NCBI GenBank assembly: GCA_036172245.1
Contig: JAYWIR010000029.1
Location: 2,294,001 to 2,358,000 of the forward strand
DNA: 64,000 nt
Direction: 5' to 3'
Source: Raillietiella orientalis
Lineage: Eukaryota
The notes beneath the pieces were generated by a model, which was not told the origin of the DNA, ran no database searches, and worked only from the letters and a program-made list of their open reading frames with translations. Each line of letters starts with the position of its first letter. Positions within the stretch are counted from its first letter, which is position 1. Position numbers and translations under genes: made by a program. Below, piece by piece: positions 37,901 through 50,300 of this stretch.

Positions 37901-40900
37901 TCTCTTGGGTCGCTTCCAAAAGCACGAGACTTCTACGACGATTGGCGGGAAGCCCACGCCGATTTGCACATCCTCAACTCCGCGGAAGCTGTGCGACCGA
38001 TCGACCTCGGCTCGTGAGAGAATTCGTCTGCCTGGCAACCGGAATCTCAATCTAAGCAGAGCGAAGGACCAAGGAGCGTGCTCCGAAAGTCAGCGCAAGA
38101 AATTCGCATGGGGACAGCAGCCCAATACTAAGGAAGGGAAGGGAGGATAAAGAAATGGACACACGGGTTCTAAGTGACCAAAGAGAAGACAGACTGACAG
38201 GTGAAGAACGGGAGACGGGACTGCAGAGGCCCGAGGTGAACGACGAAAAAAGGGATGACGGTGGGATGCTTTACTCGCAAACTTGGGATTTCGTTTCTGA
38301 GAGAGGCGTCAGGATGACCCTCCCACAGACTCTTCATATCTAACGCATGTGAAATTCCACGAACGTGACATCTGAGGGTAAGAGAGCGTTGTCAAGAAGG
38401 AACACACACACAAAAAAAACGCCCGCATCCAGGGATGTCCCTTCGCCTCTAACTGGTAACTGGGACGAACCTCCAGAGTCATTACAAGGACAACGGACCT
38501 TTCCATTGCAGCAGCACAAACAGGAGTGCACACGCTCGTGGGGGGGGGGGGAGAGAGAAAAAAAACTGCCACGTGTATTCCTCAGGGGAAGAGGAGGAGG
38601 TGGAAATAGGAGAATCCTCACGTGAGAAAGGAAAAGAGATTGTTCTGTGAAAAGAAGAGAGGGAAGCAAATTCCTGTTTGCGACGATAGCTCCAGAGGAT
38701 GTTCGCAATCGTGGCGCGGTGTACCACTAGGAAAAGCAACAAGAAGCCTCGACAAGGCGCCTCCAATTTGAGGCCGAAAACCTGGCGCGGAGAGTCAGGA
38801 AACATCGCCGCGGAAACACCAAGAACGCAGTGTGGCCAAAGATGATTCCGGGGCGGGAAGTTGTTCCCACGAGCCTCGCGCACGTCCAGCAGAAATCGGA
38901 AAGTGACAATCGCCGCCGTCGCTTCACCGATCCGCATCCACGAATTCTTCTTTCCCTGACCGATCCAACTCTTCGGATGCGAACTCTTCGCTTTCCTTCG
39001 AGTGCCGAAAGGAGAGCTTTGCTCCGAGCAAACAAATGGAGAATTGGAGTTCCTGTGATTGAGAATGCGATCGATCCGGAAGGTCTTCAGGAAGCTCCCA
39101 GCAACTTGAAGGAAACAAATAAACGCACATGCGTTGAAGGAGGGAAGAGAAGCGAGCAAAAAAAAAAATTAACAGGAATTCACCGGATAGTCAGAGGAAG
39201 CAGTTCGGGAATGTGTCGTTCGGCTTTCTGGAGGCTACTCCTGCGAACCTTTAGAGTTTACTGAACCATTCGGTTCTGCAAAGAGCGCCTGGGTTACGTC
39301 CAGCCGGAAAGTTTCCAAGAAAAACCCTGGGCGAGGAGAATGAGATTCCCAAAGGAGACCCCTTGCGAGTAGGTCCGTCCCGTGCGTTCCTTCCGTGCAC
39401 GCTGAGGATCTACCCTTCGCGCGAGCTTCCCGAGCGACGCAGAGGATCGGTGCGAAAAACGATCGAGAAGCCACAGGCACGAGAGGAGTGATTCCTGCTA
39501 GAAAAACGAAATCCGGCCGGGAAGGGAAGAAAGGAAGAGCTTGAGGCCCTTTTCTTTCCGCCATGCTGCGGCGCTTTCCGATTCCTTTGGAGGGGAAAGA
39601 CAGCAGACTGCTAAATGTCGAGACACCCAAACATGGAAAAGCACATCAAACAGCAAGGTGAGACTTGTCTACCTTTCTTGTCCCGCCGTGTCCCATAGCT
39701 GTAGGTGAATCCTCTGACTGCGAGAAGGTATTCCATCGACCTCAGGCTGGCGAAACACCTGGTACCACATGTGCAGCCCTTAGTACATATGCATACAGCA
39801 TTTGACTCGTGAGGTTACAAGAGAAAATGCATCCTGTTCCCCGTTCCCCCCGAAATTCTAGCGCACGGCGAGTTGCGGATCTTCCGACACTTCCGGTTGG
39901 CTCTTGCCGGCTCCGGACAACTCGACCTTCTCTGGGGACGGTGGACCACTACGCTCTCCTAGCGAGAGCGGATGCAGGACGCGTTCCACAATCCGCGCAT
40001 GCGTGCCAACCCCCCGCGCATTATTCGTGCCGACCTGACCGGCTCTGCAAGATACGACGTGCGTTTCCTGGAAGGGCGATGCCCTTCCATCGGATTTCGC
40101 ACCTCGGAAACGATCCTTTCGCTCGCCTGCCTCCTGGGCAGGTTCCCCCAGCTTCCCCTTTCGAAAAATAGGATCCTCGCCCCAGGATCGAACGCAGCGA
40201 TAAATCTGCGTCAGGAATCGTTCTGTGCCCACAACTCTCCGCGAGAAAGACAACGAACGATCCTGCAGCCAGTGGGAGGAAAGGATGCCGTGGTATCAAC
40301 GTCTACGATTCCGGAAGACCTCCCTCAATTCCATCGCCCTATTCACGCTGGTAGAGAGGTTGATGAGCAGCCTATAATTTAATCGGCTTTGGTGGGAGGC
40401 GTGCAGATGAAATGATAGCCCGGAGTGGTGTTGTGATGAAGATGGAGGTGGGCGGTGGTGATCAAGGAAGGTGTGGGCTTTTTACAAGTTCTCAGAAATA
40501 ATCACCGGCACTCACGACGAGGGGTGCTAACAGTAAAAGTGATCTGCAATGATTACGGACCATTCCCAATTTTAGGGTCATGGTTGCTCGGAGGTGACGA
40601 CGAATAGAAGTTGAAGAAGATGCACGAGAACCAACGAAGCACAGACTACTGCTGATCGGATTGGAAAGTCCGGTGCTGAGGAATGGGTCGGATGAAGAGC
40701 AGATGTCGTGCCAGTGACGAAAAGACGTGCTGGAGATTGGACCAAGCCACGTGCATTCGTATTCCTCCGGCTGGCCCTGTGTTCCTCTACCAAGAAAGAA
40801 ACAAGAACGCACCGAAGAGAGCTTAGCTACTGCTGGTGTGCCTTTGTTCTGTCTCGCTACTTCAGGAAACAGCGCCATCAGCTCGTTTCTTTTTTTTCTT

Positions 40901-43900
40901 TTTTCGGAGATATGATCACCGCTTTGGACACTTTCAACAGCGAGTCCACGGATCGGACTGCAACACCAAACAGACATGCGAAAATGGTTCCTGCAAGTGT
41001 GTACCAGAGTCCTCTCGGAAAGATCCAATGATAAACGGGGACGTAAAGAAGGGAAAGCATTTTTGCTGTAGGGAACTGACTCAGGAAGAGCTTCAAGAAG
41101 AAGCGGTGCCAGAAAAACAACCGATGCGGATAAATTTCCGCCGCGAACGAAGCATATGAACGCGCGCCGAGACGAAAGCTGCACGTACCTCCACACTAAA
41201 GCGATGCCCGAACAGCGAAAGTTTTGCAAGTTGTTGAGAAAAAAGTAATGCTAAGAGAAGCATGTCGACAAGGAACAGAGGCTGACATGGGAATTTCGAT
41301 ACAATAATTTTCCTTCTCTCCGGAGACAAAAAAGGATTCGGGTCGTTTTTCCTGACCAAATATCCCTTCGCCAATCTGCTCGAAAATGTGAATGATACGG
41401 ATTCAGCCTCCCACACCAACCTGTCGAAAAAAGTTCATGCTGAGGCTGAATCTCGCATACATCAAAGCCACCTGCCACTCACTTATGCTGCAGGTTGCGG
41501 TGAGGAATGGCGTGAGGAATGGTACCTGTTTGCCAATGTTGCGGGAAATCAGTGGCACATCGATAGGAAAACGTGGCAGATGGATCGCAGATCCTACCAT
41601 CTGGATGTTGCTGGGAAGTCACGGAAATCTTTGTTTGGCCACTGTTGGGTTGCCTTCTAACGCATCCATAAGCATAGGCGCACAAGTTTGTGATCGAGAA
41701 TCGCGGTGCACTTTCACGGCTTACCTTCCACGTGAGGGCAATTTCCGAAATTTCCCTGTTAGCCTTCCTAGCGCAGAAGAAGAAAAGGAAACTTCCCGAG
41801 AGTGTGCTAGAGGATGGCTAGAAATGCCAAGAAAGGGAAAATTTGCAAAGACGACGGGAATAACGACGAACCACTCTAGCAACGACAAAATTGCGATTAG
41901 GAAAGAGATCACAAAGAACGATTCCCGGTAGCTACTCTAGTATCGAGGCAACGAGGTCCTGAAAATTACGATGTATCTCACGATTATTCGATTTGCAAAA
42001 TTCTGGGGTGAGAAGGAGACCATCATTCTAGGTCGAAAACTCGTCAGGCCACGAATTGCAACACTGGAACTGATGCTGCGAAGCCACTTGTGCACAGCAG
42101 TTCAACATCATGTGCACATGCAAACACATACGCTCTTTATCGATTAATTTGAGAATAGGCACAAATACATGTCCAGATCGGGAGCATTTTCTCGCTCCAT
42201 TGCTGAGAGCACCAAGATGCTTTAGAAAACGAAAGATGAACTTTGAGATACTTGTGATTCTCACGTAGCCATAGGAACACGGATCCTAACAGATCACTGC
42301 TCGATGGATCCTGAAGGTACAACACTGGCATGAAAAAAGCTAAGATCTAGAATGGATTCTGCACACAGTGGTGGATTTGAGATGCAAGTGTTGATGTTGC
42401 TATTTCAGAGCAACCGAGTGGACATGCAAGTGTCTTGTTTTAGCTGTTTCCAAGAAAAATCTATTAATGCACACAAAGTAAAAGCAAAGATTCTCATTTG
42501 ACACAAATCACGGCAACATTGGTACGGACAAACCTATTAAACATAGAGGATTCGATACGAATTGAAACTTACGGACCTGTTTGTAAGGATCTTAATCGAA
42601 GTAAAAGTGAAATCTACATTTGAATATTACATCACAAGGTTCCTCTTTTCCAAGCGGTTGCCTCTTGAGATTGAGTGTGTCAGATTTGTCAAGAAAACGA
42701 ATATGGCAACAGCAGCAATTGTCGGAAAACCCTTTCAGAGAAAAGCGCATGTACGTGGGACTCCAAACGGTTGGAACATGCCTGAGGGAGAAATAAAAGT
42801 AGAGATGAGAACATTCGTAGAAAAGATGACTCTTTGCTTGTGGAAAAACGAAAGAAATGCTCGTGTGGTATCGAACACAGGAATCTCTGCGACCCAAGTC
42901 TCAAATGCAAAAATGAATTTTCAGACAAATAAACAGTACTGTATAATGTGACAGATATATAAAAGATGTTGCAGGGGTAAAAGGATATCTTGCACATTAA
43001 TCAGAGGAATTCTGGGGCGAAAGTGCTTTTTTCTGCTGCAGTGTACTACTGCAGAAAAAAATTCATGTATATACATATATAAATCATATCTCAAAAAAGC
43101 TGGTCTGCTTGCTGTTTGCAAGGTAATTAGAGAAAGAGGGAAGAACGAAAGAGGAAGACATGACCCAACAGACTCAAGAACTGCTGAAGTTCAACAGGAC
43201 GATAGTCACAACGAATGATTTCAACATCTGGAACAGTAGCAGTCATGAAGGAACGTCCCTTAAAACAATTGAATGGATAGGTCGTGATTTCTTGAATGCT
43301 TGCTCTGGTCCTACCCGCATTGCGGCGAAAATGTGCCACCATTGATGCAATCATAAAGAAAAGTCTGAAAGTCAAGCAAACAAGAAAAACCAAAGGTGAC
43401 TTTGGGTAATTAAATCCTGTACAAGAATAGCTTTGTTTCCATGTGTTTGTAGCGACTCAACCATCACTACATTTTCTAAACCCAATTTCTTTTCCACGTC
43501 CACATGAACGCAAACACGGCTGACTAAATGATTTAGAGTGAAGAGGAAAGCACTGGTACCCGCGTGCTATTGGACTATGGATAGCATGCAGTCTTGGAAA
43601 AGGCAAATCGATAGGAACTGAGACTGTTCAGCAGAGAAATTACGGGATGATGGTGGTAGTAGACTCTCTACAAATTCTTGATGGAAACGCTGAGATGCTG
43701 GTGTGCATATTCCAGTGCACTATTCGAACAAGCTATCTCAATAGGGCAAAGAAACACTGTTCTCACGTACGTTCAACTCAATATCAGTGTTCTCCTCACT
43801 AAAAGTGAAAAGTTCACTTTTGTTTTTGCTCCTCCTTTCCTTAGTATTCCTACCAGAAAAACAGCTGGTTATTAATGTTCACCTTTTACACCATGAACTG

Positions 43901-46900
43901 AATTCGCACAATTCAGTTCCAAAGAAAGGTAGGAAATCGCTATCGTCCTAGTTGCACTAATTCTCTGCATGACTAAATTTCAGTTAATCTCCGTAGAAAA
44001 AAAAAAAAATACACCGATATGCATCTCGAGCTAATTTATCTCGTTAAAATACGAGGCGCATTTCAAAAGTAAGGATGGATCGGATATAAAGAAAGAACAA
44101 ATGAGAGAAACAAAAATGTATTGGTGGTTCGGAACACATACATCCCCATGTTGTTTTTCTACGTAGTCACCATTTTTTTCCAAACACTTTTGATCCCGTG
44201 TAAGTAGCCTTTCGAAACCCTCTGCATCAAACTCCTCAGCCTGGGAGTTCAGCCAGTTCAGCATCCGTGCAGCTTCCAACTCCTCTCTTTCTCCCTCGAG
44301 TCGTTGAGCCACTTCTTGAGGTGCAGGAAGGAAGATGTGGTAGTCACTGGGCGCGAGGTCAGGACTGTAAGGTGGGTGGTCAAAAAAGCTCCCACTTGAA
44401 TTTCTGAATTGTCTGGAACGTGCGGACAGCAGTGTGTGGGGCCAAAAGAGTGTGAATTTGGTAGACTTTATGGAGCCTGGAACAACCATCACTTCGCAAG
44501 TCTACTGTGTAGAAACACTTTCAACACTGCGGCGTGCAATTCGGAACCGACGTCGTGAAAAGCTGAGATCAGGAATTGCTCTCCTTCACGACAACGCGCG
44601 CCTTGGCAACACATGCCGTCCAGACAATTCAGAAGGAAAGCAAAGGACAAGGACGAACGACAAACTCGCGCAGGAAGAATCCGCGAGCGAGCAGCTCTGA
44701 GAACAACAAGGATGGTGCCGACCTGGCAGGAACGCGGAAACAGGGAGCCCCCGTAAACGACCGAGGGAAGCGGGATGAACGTCCGGGAGCAGGCATCCAG
44801 CCGGCAAGATCCTCAACGCGGGTAAACGGAACGACGACCGGTCGTTGGGGAACGATGGGAGACACAAAGTGAAAGTTAAGAGACCAAGGTAGGGGAGGGG
44901 AGCTTTCAAGTGGGAGCTTTTTTTGACCACCCACCTTACAGTCCTGACCTCGCGCCCAGTGACTACCACATCTTCCTTCCTGCACCTCAAGAAGTGGCTC
45001 AACGACTCGAGGGAGAAAGAGAGGAGTTGGAAGCTGCACGGATGCTGAACTGGCTGAACTCCCAGGCTGAGGAGTTTGATGCAGAGGGTTTCGAAAGGCT
45101 ACTTACACGGGATCAAAAGTGTTTGGAAAAAAATGGTGACTACGTAGAAAAACAACATGGGGATGTATGTGTTCCGAACCACCAATACATTTTTGTTTCT
45201 CTCATTTGTTCTTTCTTTATATCCGATCCGCCCTTACTTTTGAAATGCACCTCGTATTATCACCATCGACCGTATGAAATGCTAATGTCTTAATGAATTA
45301 CATACACTTTATCCGTGTACACTAAAAGATGCATCATCATTAACATAAATTATGCAAACGAACCGTATCTTTATTCTAATTCGGTGACTACATTAGGAAA
45401 ACCCAGTTAGAGAGTGCCATCTTCGCTTCCTATTTAGGAGCAGAACTAAACTGTTTAATTTTTTCCCTCTAATAAAAGACATTTCACCTTCCTTGCTCTT
45501 CGTTTGGCTTTTAAACATCCGCTTCCCGCTAAGAAGATATCCTCAATAATTTCGCTAGGAGCAACGTTTTCACCTACCAGACATTTACGTAAAAATAAAA
45601 CAAAATAAACTGCTTCCTTGCTTTACAATCTGGGAATTCCAGATGCACTTCGGGGAGGTTTCCCCGTTCTCCCTTCGCCTCTGGTTTGATTTCCTATTTA
45701 TCAGTCTCAACGACCTACTATTAACTTTCAGCCCAGCTCAGGATAGTTTCCAGCTCAACATACTTCCGGTAAATAGAAAGAATGAGTGGCCCCTCAAATA
45801 CCGAGAGAGTCTCCTGACTACCTTTCTATTGCTTGCAACACAGACTTGAAAACGTCCATTCTCTCATCCACCCATCCTTCGAATCGGATCTCATGTCTCC
45901 GAACGAAAGAAACGTCAATCTTCCATAGATTTCCAATTTGCCGAACGTCTTATGTTCTTCACTTACGGCAAGGGCGTCTGCATCGAATCCTCAACGTTTC
46001 TTTTAATAAGTGAAAACTTTTAATAGTCTTCACTTATTATTCTCCCGGACGGACGCAGACGGTCGAATCTAAACTAAAGGTTTTGCCATTTTTTTCCCGG
46101 CAAAACAATTTCGAAAACTTCCCACTTTTAGGATACTTTTGAGAACCTTTTAAACGAAACACAGATATCATAATAAGTACTGAAGCCAGCAGCAAGATGG
46201 TAGAGTTCAAAATGCAAGATCTGGGAGAATGCGAACGCAAGGATCCACGCGAGAAGCATCGAAAAAACCCCTAGTGCTTTTCAAAGGCTTGTTGCGAATT
46301 AATAGATGTACTGATCCATTTTCTGTTGCTATAACTACTTTTCCTCTTTAAGCTCTGGATTACTGGCTAACTCATTATCGTACCTTTTCCGAGCTCATAA
46401 GATTGAATTTCGTAGCGAAAATTGCCTTTCATTGCTGTAAACCAGCTATACTTGTTTGTGCTCAATACCAGCACGAGCGCTGGATATCTTGAAATTTTTA
46501 ACGTATTTTGTGCCGAATGTACTTGGTGCATTGGAAACTGATTGGTGTGCTACTAGTATTCCAATTATTGATTCACTAGCTGTTGGTATGCCTTTGTGTG
46601 TGAAAAATCTCATTTTCATCTCCATTGGGTATTCTCTGCATGAACCAAAAAAACACATCTAAATATTCGATGGTCCTTGAACGCCCTGCAAACCGAGCTT
46701 TTTCTCCAATGTAATGTGTCGGTACTTTTACCAAACTCTGAAAATTGCAGATCCCTGTTCCAGATAATCATAATCTCTGTGAAAGTTTGTAAGACAACGC
46801 TGCAAACATCTGATTTCAAATCAGTGGAGGAGGTCCATTTCTTATCACCAGAGCAAGAGATTCTCCTCTTATCTCAAAGAATTTCCACATCACACCAGAC

Positions 46901-49900
46901 ACCTGACATATAAGGATACAATATTGTAAAACTGTATTCATTTTTGACTGTACGATGCCAAAATGAATTCCATTATGGACACACCTTACAATACTGTTGG
47001 GCATCATCAAGAAATCTTCTATTGTCATTCGACTTTCTATTTTGAGATTAGAAACGAGATTTCAAAGAAAATTGAATCTTTATGTTTCTCCGAAACCCAT
47101 TCAACAACAGGCACACCTTGGCTTGCAAAATCTTAAAAACTTGTGATCGCATTTCTAAGATCACACCACTTTAACAACTCAGAGAAATCTTTGAATGACT
47201 CTGCCTCGAAAGAATAAAATACTGAAACTGACGTGTACTTTCACTATGATGTGTTCTCAACCGACTACACGAGACTTTCATCCGTTGTCGTTCGAGTGAG
47301 GTTACTCACGATACGCGCGGTGCAAGACACCGATAATTTTTTCACGGAAATTTCATGTGTTGTTTTCGTTCTCTTCTTGAAAATATTGGTGGTACCATTA
47401 AGAATTCTCACAAAGAAATCTGTACCTATGCGATGCATGCAATATTTCGCCAGTTACCCTTTTCTGCAAGGCTTCTTGAACTTATACTTCATTGTAGATC
47501 ACTTCCAGTTTCCTCTGACAATCTTATTTGATCACAAAATTCCAATTCTTACATTAAAAAAACATGATTGATACAGAGAACCATTCAGCACATCCAAGAA
47601 TGCCAGTATATACTTCCATATTTTCATATAATGTCATGTATATTTTTTTATACATATATATTTGCATATGCTTCACTGAGTTCTTCTCTGGATTTACAAA
47701 GTCGTGAGCCAATAGTTATTTCAGCTTCTATTTTTCCACTTCAAATGGCTTTTTGGAATGATTCTTTATTCATGCTGAAGCACAGGAACAAGAAATACAG
47801 TTGCAGGAAACCTGAGAAAATCAAGACTTTCGGCTAGAGCCAATCCATATTCATTGCCACAGAGATTGCTTTTAACACAACTTGAAAGCTGTTCTTCCAA
47901 ACAAAGCTTCATTTTTATGCGGAATAAAGTGTTTTGTCACTTCTGTCTTTCAGAGCAAATAACTGAAAACTCAGGCATTAAAGGGATTACTCTTTAAACA
48001 TTGGTTACTGTCTCTCTTTTTTTATAAGGAAATTTATCATCTCACCGCTAGATTTAGACATCGGCTTCCATTATATTTCTGGAACATTCCTTAAAAAGTG
48101 ATGTTTTCATATGCCAACGCTAAAGCCCCCCCCAAAAAAATCCTATCTGGAAAATGGAGACAAAGGTGCCAAATTTCTGACATCACAGACCAAAGATTTG
48201 AACAAATCATTTAAATGGCTGCATATGTGTCACTAGTATACCTGTAACATGGGCATTCAACCTTCAGTTTCAAGCTGCAACAAATTTTTTAAAAAACTGT
48301 ACTAAACGAAGAAAGAAAGGCATCTGGGCCAGCCAATGGACAATGGGACCATCATCACCCAAAATGCTTTCCAATCTGGGCCATGTGATTTCTTGACAAG
48401 GACAAATCACACTTTGCTTATATTCAAGGATCACTGTTGACGTTACCCTTACATAAATTTTCCCTGCAATTGAAGAGAGAAGAGAAACACAGGTTGACAC
48501 GATACTGGAAAAAACACCTCGAGCTGACTGGCTTCCGAAAACATCATTCTACACTTCAAACGTTAGAACATTCTACATTCTACACTTCAGCACACGTAGC
48601 TTATGGAAAAGCAAGGAATGAAGCAAAAAGTCCTTGTAGGGTCAGGAATATCAACGACGAAACAATATGGCAAGCAAAATAACAGAATTGCAGAATACCG
48701 ACCACAACCCAACAAGTACAGGAACACACAAAAAAAAGAAAACGTATGTTTCGATTGTACATGATATTCACTGCAGCTTAAAAGTAATTGAGCAAACTGC
48801 ATGACTCATAAGTTAGAGATCAATTGGTTTGACATACCTATTGGGACATATGTGAAGACACAATTGAAGTATTTTAAATCAAAAGAGACAATGCTAAAAA
48901 CCCAACAAAATGCAATAATCTTAGTAGTGTTCTTGAATAATGATCAAAATAGTCAAAGTCCACCATCGAAATTGCTGTCGATTGAAACACCTTGAGAATC
49001 TTAATGCTCTCCTGTAAGAAAATAATCAAATTGCCATACAGCCAGCAATTGAAAACATCTGAGTTAGTTTATTACTGAGTTCAAGACAAACAAGAATTTA
49101 AATTATCACTGAAGCTATTCGACAAATTTTCGACCTGAATGAAATAGTTCATGAAAATAGTTCATAGTTCCATCGTTTGAAATCATGTATTATATTTGGC
49201 ATTAATTTGGTATTTGATATTGGCATTAATGGATAGGCATACTCATTGATTAATACTCATGTAATGTTACCAATTCTGAATAATCAAAATTCACATCAAA
49301 TACTGAGAATTTACTCACAATATCGTATTCATTCATTTATCAGGCACTGTATTAAAAACGAAAATTAAGTGGGAATCTTTGAATGCAAACTGTTTTCTAA
49401 ATAAGCAGAAAGTTCATTATAAAATTTACAAAATGCATAATTCTCAAACTGTAGTATAAAATAATACAATACATATTTTCAAGTTTTCAGTTAAATTTTC
49501 ATTTTCTAATATTTTTTAATTCATTTCGTATTTTACATTAAACTTCATTAAGTAGTACTGCTGTTTTGTAATATAAATTTGAACATTCCTCTGTTCTGAA
49601 ATAACATAGCATATGTTAAAACGGTGTTGAAAAATCTCAGAACTCTCCATGAGATAAAGCATAAGAATTTGACTGAAAGAAAAGCACTCATCTCATTAGA
49701 ATAAATAGTTAAAATTTGAGTATCCAATAAAGTGAAAATCCTAATTCTGAACATATTGGAAAAGTATTCCATTTTCAAACAAAAGTCACTGCAAAAGTAT
49801 AACTAAATTACATGTATTTTCTTTCATTAATTTCTGATTGAGATGAAATGCATAGTAATCTTAATTGTGTCAAAACATTCATGAGCATCAATGTGCTCCT

Positions 49901-50300
49901 TGTGAATTGTCATCTAACAAAATATTCTTCTTTAAAAAAAACATACAAGTCATTAATCTTCAATGAACAAAAATTAAGATAACATATAACCATTCAATGC
50001 TATAAGAGCTCATTTACTAAAAAGCACTACAATATGAATAAAAGCACATTCTGGGGCATTTTCTGAATAATTTTTAGAAAAAGTTTCTCATATCAAATTA
50101 TTATTTGGAAATCATTCAAATTAAATTTTTACCAATCGTTTCTCTCTAAAGTCAATTCCAACTGTCGATATGAATGTATTATGGAATATTCCATCCGTAT
50201 ACTGATACAAGAAGCTTGTTTTTCCTACTCCTGAATCACCCAAAGTTAATAATTTAATAAGGTAATCGTAATCAAGATTCAATAGATCCTTCTCAGTCAT
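28928..50300 (-). CDS. RAB27: Rab27 small GTPase (219 aa, 5 exons)
   Basis: Exons 50300-50133 ([56 protein letters not shown]), 39758-39673 ([29 protein letters not shown]), 29419-29305 ([22 protein letters not shown]...), 29258-29146 ([19 protein letters not shown]...), 29105-28928 (YFETSA...STCAC*). All GT-AG with matching phases, 660 nt. Introns are 10374, 10253, 46 and 40 nt. CXC prenylation motif at the end. Confidence 0.95.
29500..30830 (+). mobile_element. Decayed Penelope-like retroelement in Rab27 intron 2
   Basis: C/A-skewed block with, in order, PYGNLKVAK (30112-30138), SLF (~30215), AVA*GCL (30331, GVAMGSPL-like), [18 protein letters not shown] (30373, HP.IKFT.E.E..SLPFLD-like) and SLFIK (~30781, ESLFIK-like terminus). 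Confidence 0.5.
32258..32345 (+). mobile_element. Possible DNA transposon terminus (piggyBac-like) with two subterminal palindromes
   Basis: TTAA at 32258-32261 followed by atgtaccaccggcggtacat (32277-32296) and tgtaccaccaccggtggtaca (32320-32340), then an abrupt AT-rich tract. The other end was not found. Confidence 0.3.
32684..35112 (+). repeat. Diverged direct repeat pair (~142 bp: 32684-32826 and 34971-35112), possibly LTR-retrotransposon RT remnants
   Basis: Shared cccgtggccc..ggcaga..tctgggaatgctgcgg..gcggag.ctggactc...aagccaaaggcgggcg.aggacacagatcaactc. One frame reads [25 protein letters not shown], loosely like the GL.L...K....FLGH end of gypsy RT. Confidence 0.7.
36102..36175. repeat. 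Two abutting perfect palindromes (26 bp and 48 bp)
   Basis: 36102-36127 gttttccagtgcgcgcactggaaaac and 36128-36175 gtgcggcgctggtggaacagtgcgcgcactgttccaccagcgccgcac each equal their own reverse complement. Confidence 0.95.
36497..36753 (+). repeat. 257-bp segment near-identical to 44634-44890
   Basis: Direct comparison shows one mismatch (gcgagaagctc vs gcgagcagctc). Confidence 0.95.
37238..37371 (+). repeat. 67-bp tandem duplication (2 units)
   Basis: 37238-37304 and 37305-37371 differ at two positions; the unit ends with the first 13 bp of the adjacent inverted-repeat arm. Confidence 0.9.
37359..38050. mobile_element. Fold-back/MITE-like element with 161-bp terminal inverted repeats
   Basis: 37359-37519 is the reverse complement of 37890-38050 with about 8 mismatches, around a 370-bp spacer. 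No transposase and no clear TSD. Confidence 0.7.
40492..41229 (-). mobile_element. Possible decayed Penelope-like C-terminal region (245-codon open frame)
   Basis: [16 protein letters not shown] (like lPY....s..i.r.L) and [18 protein letters not shown] (like C...YIG.T...L..R..EH). Weak. Confidence 0.25.
42560..43345 (+). mobile_element. Decayed Penelope-like RT relic in Rab27 intron 1
   Basis: [13 protein letters not shown] (~42685, like IK.ADKG.A.V), RYIKD (42953), VYTYINH (43067-43087, SLYTNIPH-like, same frame as RYIKD), NDFNIWN (43214-43234, DD.FIIWN-like). Confidence 0.45.
44052..45254. mobile_element. Non-autonomous mariner (Tc1/mariner) fold-back derivative, 1203 bp, TA target duplication
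   Basis: TA at 44050-44051 and 45255-45256. Arms 44052-44400 and 44905-45254 are inverted and differ by 3 substitutions and 1 indel. Each encodes the transposase C-terminus [18 protein letters not shown]...[12 protein letters not shown]. The middle (44434-44600) encodes [12 protein letters not shown]...[10 protein letters not shown]...LLHDNAR. No N-terminal transposase domain. Confidence 0.93.
46446..47030 (-). mobile_element. Possible decayed Penelope-like RT relic
   Basis: KNEYSF (~46945), NGPPPLI/SDV (~46835), [10 protein letters not shown] (~46780-46750), [12 protein letters not shown] (~46600), in PLE order. Confidence 0.3.
49600..49780 (+). mobile_element. Penelope-like RT N-terminal relic
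   Basis: [27 protein letters not shown] from 49666 resembles NL...E.KAL..L....I.I..ADKG...VILN. Confidence 0.35.

Noticed and set aside
38700..40400. Possible nested antisense gene in the Rab27 introns
   Set aside because: No consistent splice model or homology could be built; decayed TE sequence is more likely.
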